This document shows, piece after piece, positions 60,950-64,000 of a stretch of 64,000 bases of DNA. Origin of the DNA: a bacterium (GTDB taxonomy: Bacteria > UBA8248); the NCBI GenBank assembly GCA_965200245.1, contig CBDATS010000004.1:1120001-1184000 (forward strand), in the 5' to 3' direction. The notes under the pieces were generated by a model. The model was not told where the DNA came from. It did no database searches and was given only the letters and a program-made list of their open reading frames with translations. Position numbers and translations under genes: made by a program. Numbering within the stretch: position 1 is the first letter of the stretch; each line of letters opens with the position of its first letter.

Positions 60950-61372
60950 ATGCCTCCCGTAGCGGTCATCGAAAAAATACGCGCCCCGGCGCAAGAGGTG
61001 TTCCACTTCATCGGTCACGTGGAAACGCATCCGGAAATCGCGGATTTCAGCCAGAGCGTCCACATCATCTCCGAGCGGAAAAGCGGCGTGGGGACACGCT
61101 TTCACCAGGTCTACACGAACGGGGCGGAACACGTTTCTGAAATTGTCGTCTGGGAGCCGAACGAAAAAATCGTCTGGCATAACTTCGAGGGAGACGAAAA
61201 AACACCCGTCATGATCATCAGTTACTACTTCGAGGAGGAAGGCCCCTGCACCCACGTTCTCCACACGGTAGAGTGCGAGGAATACGAAAACCAGACCAGA
61301 CACCGAGACGGCACACTCCGGAACATCCGCGAACTGGCGAACCTGAAGAAGATTCTGGAAGGGGGAGCGTAG
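60950..61372 (+). CDS. SRPBCC/polyketide cyclase family protein
   Basis: I.AP...VF, GVGTRF, WEPN, L.NLK..LE. Confidence 0.8.
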   Translation: MPPVAVIEKIRAPAQEVFHFIGHVETHPEIADFSQSVHIISERKSGVGTRFHQVYTNGAEHVSEIVVWEPNEKIVWHNFEGDEKTPVMIISYYFEEEGPCTHVLHTVECEEYENQTRHRDGTLRNIRELANLKKILEGGA

Positions 61373-61429
61373 GGACAGTACCCATCCTGAACAGGGACAA
61401 CCCCTTCGCAGGTTACCCGACTCTTCCCC

Positions 61430-63199
61430 TCATGAAACCTCCTCCCATTGCTCGCTGAGGCGACGTCCCAGATCCGGTTCGACAAGAATCGTCTCATGCG
61501 CCCCGAGCAGAACCTGACCGGGGCGGCCCCCTCCAGGCCTCCTCAAGCGCGAGAAGGGAAGATAGGCGACGATGAGTTTGGAATCCGTCCGCCCCCGACT
61601 GAAATACGCCGCGAACGCCGCCGCCTGGGCGAGAATCTCAGGGTCCGGATCCCCCGCTTCGCCGTCTGTGCGGCGCAAGAGCACGTGGCTGCCCGGCACC
61701 TCCCGGGCGTGAAGCCAGGTATCATTGGCCCGGCCCACGCGCATGAATATCTCGTCGTTTCCCATAGCGTTCCTGCCGACGACGACCTCCCAGCCTGCCT
61801 GGGAGACGAACCGCCTGTAGGGCCTGGCGCGTACAGCCTGCCTTCCCCTGGCGCGCGCTTCCTTTTCCTGCCTCTCGCCCCTTTGCCCAGCGTAGCCCGC
61901 TTGCGCGAGCGATTCTTCCACTACCGAGACGTCCTCGACCTCTTCCGCCGTCTCGAGGTCAAAGGCCAGAACGGCGATGAACTTCTTTTCTTCTTCCATC
62001 TCCTGCAAGCGCACAAGTGCTGTCGAGGCGCGCCGCTTCAGCTTCTTGTAGCGGCGAAAATACCTCTGTGCGTTTTCAGAAGGCGTGAGCCGGGGGTCGA
62101 GAGTGATTTCGAGCGGTGCATCCTTGTCCTGAAAGCAGAAAACTCCGGTCTTCTCATTCACCTCGCCCAGATGCGCAAGCAAAAGCTCCCCTTTTCTCAG
62201 CACGTGTTCCGCCTCGTCGGCGGAGGCCAGATCCCTGCGCACCGCCTCGATGGAGACGTCCAACCGATCCCCCGCGCGACGCAAGGTCCTGGCAATCCGT
62301 TTTTTTCGCTCAACGAGGCGAGCGTCTTTCACGAACCGCCCGAAAAACGCATCCGCCGCCTCGTTCATGGAATCGAACGCGCGGTATGTGCCCGGGTTCG
62401 CGTCAGGGATTCGGGCTGCACTCAGCCCCACAGGACCGCCGTCCGGTCCCAGCACCCAGGCGGGGGCGAATTCCCGTTTCCGGTAACTCTCGATCGCGCC
62501 CGTCAGTGCATCCACAGCGCCTGTCCATCCATCCCCGGAACCTGAGATGAGAGATATCTCCCGTGCCAGGGCCGGACTCACACCCGCCACCGTGCGTACC
62601 AGCCAGCGCGCGAACTCTGCCCGGTCAGCTGATGCGAGATTCGCCTTGTGAATCATTTCCGACAATCCTTCTTTCGTGAGATCGGCCGGATTCTGCTTTT
62701 TCTGCTCGGGCGGAAGCCGGTATCTGCCGCCTCTCTCCAGCGGACGCGGGTTGTGCGGGCCGGGCGAAACAAGTCTTTTGGCTTCCAGTATCTCGCCCGT
62801 CGCGCCTTTCAGGAGCACGAAGTTGCTCCAGCGGCCCATGACTTCCGCCATGAGCGCGAAAGAGTCGTTTCCCGGGCCCCCTCCACGTTCGAAGGAAAAC
62901 TGGAGCACGCGTTCCCACTCTCCCGCCGCTGCCCGGGTGAGCCGAAGGCCGGTCAAGTGTTTTCTGAGTGCCCGGCAAAATGTGGGCGCCTCGGGCAGGC
63001 TCGGGGGAGGGTCTTCGCACAGATGAACGCGCGGGTACGCGGGGTCCGCGCTCATGAGGAGGGCACACCTTCTCCTTCCCCCGCCCGAGAACAAGAGGAC
63101 TACCGTATGCGCGTCAGCTTGAGAGATTCTTTCCAAGCGTGCGCCCAGAAGATTTTCGCTCAACTCCGCCACAATCGCCTGAAGCACGAAGGTATCCAT
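61430..63199 (-). CDS. rqcH: Ribosome quality control protein RqcH (FbpA/NFACT)
   Basis: P.FC..LRKHL, E.MGR.SN, NAQRYF..Y.K.KR, VGRN...ND, WLH....PGSHV. Confidence 0.9.
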   Translation of the reverse strand: MDTFVLQAIVAELSENLLGARLERISQADAHTVVLLFSGGGRRRCALLMSADPAYPRVHLCEDPPPSLPEAPTFCRALRKHLTGLRLTRAAAGEWERVLQFSFERGGGPGNDSFALMAEVMGRWSNFVLLKGATGEILEAKRLVSPGPHNPRPLERGGRYRLPPEQKKQNPADLTKEGLSEMIHKANLASADRAEFARWLVRTVAGVSPALAREISLISGSGDGWTGAVDALTGAIESYRKREFAPAWVLGPDGGPVGLSAARIPDANPGTYRAFDSMNEAADAFFGRFVKDARLVERKKRIARTLRRAGDRLDVSIEAVRRDLASADEAEHVLRKGELLLAHLGEVNEKTGVFCFQDKDAPLEITLDPRLTPSENAQRYFRRYKKLKRRASTALVRLQEMEEEKKFIAVLAFDLETAEEVEDVSVVEESLAQAGYAGQRGERQEKEARARGRQAVRARPYRRFVSQAGWEVVVGRNAMGNDEIFMRVGRANDTWLHAREVPGSHVLLRRTDGEAGDPDPEILAQAAAFAAYFSRGRTDSKLIVAYLPFSRLRRPGGGRPGQVLLGAHETILVEPDLGRRLSEQWEEVS

Positions 63200-63314
63200 G
63201 AATCGATCCAAATCCGGGAATATCCGACCCGTGAGCGTAAATTGACACGCCTTGTACGGAAAATTATTGTAGTCTTTTTCCGGTTGACTGTTAACGATGC
63301 ATGATAGGGCGAAC

Positions 63315-64000
63315 ATGATAGACAGCATGACGGGTTACGGTTCGGGGGAGAGGCCGCTGGGTGAGGCTCATATCAGCGTAGAGATACGTTCGGTGAACCA
63401 CCGCTACCTGGAAGTCTCCTGCCGGGGGCCGCGCTGGTCTCTCGCTCTTGAGGGCGAGGTGCGCGAGGCGGTGAAAAAGCGCTTTTCCCGGGGGCGTTTC
63501 GACATCTATATCCGATCGGGCGAGGAGGGAAATCACGCATCTCTCATCGACGCCGAGGCCGCGAAATCCATTCTTGCGGACCTCACGACACTGAAAAAAA
63601 AACTGGGCATTTCCGGCGAAGTCGACCTTTCGATACTCATGGGCTTTCGGGATCTGATTAAACGCGCCGAGCCCGAACCGGACAAGGAGGAGATTCATTC
63701 CGCCCTCCTGGAATCCCTGGACGATGCGCTGGGCACCCTGGGAAGTATGCGTGAAAAAGAAGGCAGCGCGCTCGCCAGCGACATTCTCGAGCATCTCGCC
63801 TCCGTGAAGTCCGGATGCAATGAGATACGCGATCGCCTGCCCGAGGCGCGCAAGCTGCTCACCGAGCGGATGCGCGAGCGGATTCTTGAACTCGCAGCCG
63901 GTGTCGAGGTGGACAGGGGGCGTCTCGAACAGGAGATGATCTACGCAGCCGAACGCGGGGACATCAGCGAAGAACTCAGCCGTCTCGACAGCCACGTCGC
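63315..64000 (+). CDS. yicC: YicC/YloC family endoribonuclease, 3'-truncated by window edge (not in ORF track)
   Basis: Manual translation MIDSMTGYG...VEIRSVNHRYLE...FSRG...MREKEG...DISEELSRLDSH. Confidence 0.92.
   Translation, partial: MIDSMTGYGSGERPLGEAHISVEIRSVNHRYLEVSCRGPRWSLALEGEVREAVKKRFSRGRFDIYIRSGEEGNHASLIDAEAAKSILADLTTLKKKLGISGEVDLSILMGFRDLIKRAEPEPDKEEIHSALLESLDDALGTLGSMREKEGSALASDILEHLASVKSGCNEIRDRLPEARKLLTERMRERILELAAGVEVDRGRLEQEMIYAAERGDISEELSRLDSHV

Overview
GC-rich bacterial chromosomal window made up mostly of housekeeping, transport and catabolic genes. It holds two tRNAs (Pro-TGG, Arg-ACG); TAXI-TRAP, AapJQMP, NitT/TauT ABC, SSS and TctBAC transporters; a large A1-type cytochrome c oxidase operon; and proA, rimK, hemW, rqcH and yicC. 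No CRISPR array, integrase or intact transposase was seen. The main leads are: (1) a hidden selenoprotein of the UGSC family at 13723-14304, split in the ORF track by an in-frame TGA followed by a SECIS-like hairpin, with a U-G-S-S instead of U-G-S-C motif, in an apparent operon with a CoA-transferase, a crotonase and a frameshifted partner; (2) an 8-gene catabolic operon with two tandem divergent BKACE enzymes, two amidohydrolases and a ThDP enzyme; (3) a near-consensus sigma54 promoter driving a ~315-nt structured, GGA-rich leader or sRNA upstream of rimK; (4) a mosaic autotransporter with an exact 303-bp tandem duplication; (5) a low-GC islet encoding a GIY-YIG nuclease with a RAMA-like domain; (6) a PlsY paralogue with degenerate catalytic motifs near ArsS; (7) Lys/Met-rich tails on solute-binding proteins. 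All family calls come from motif recognition by eye. No searches or folding programs were run.
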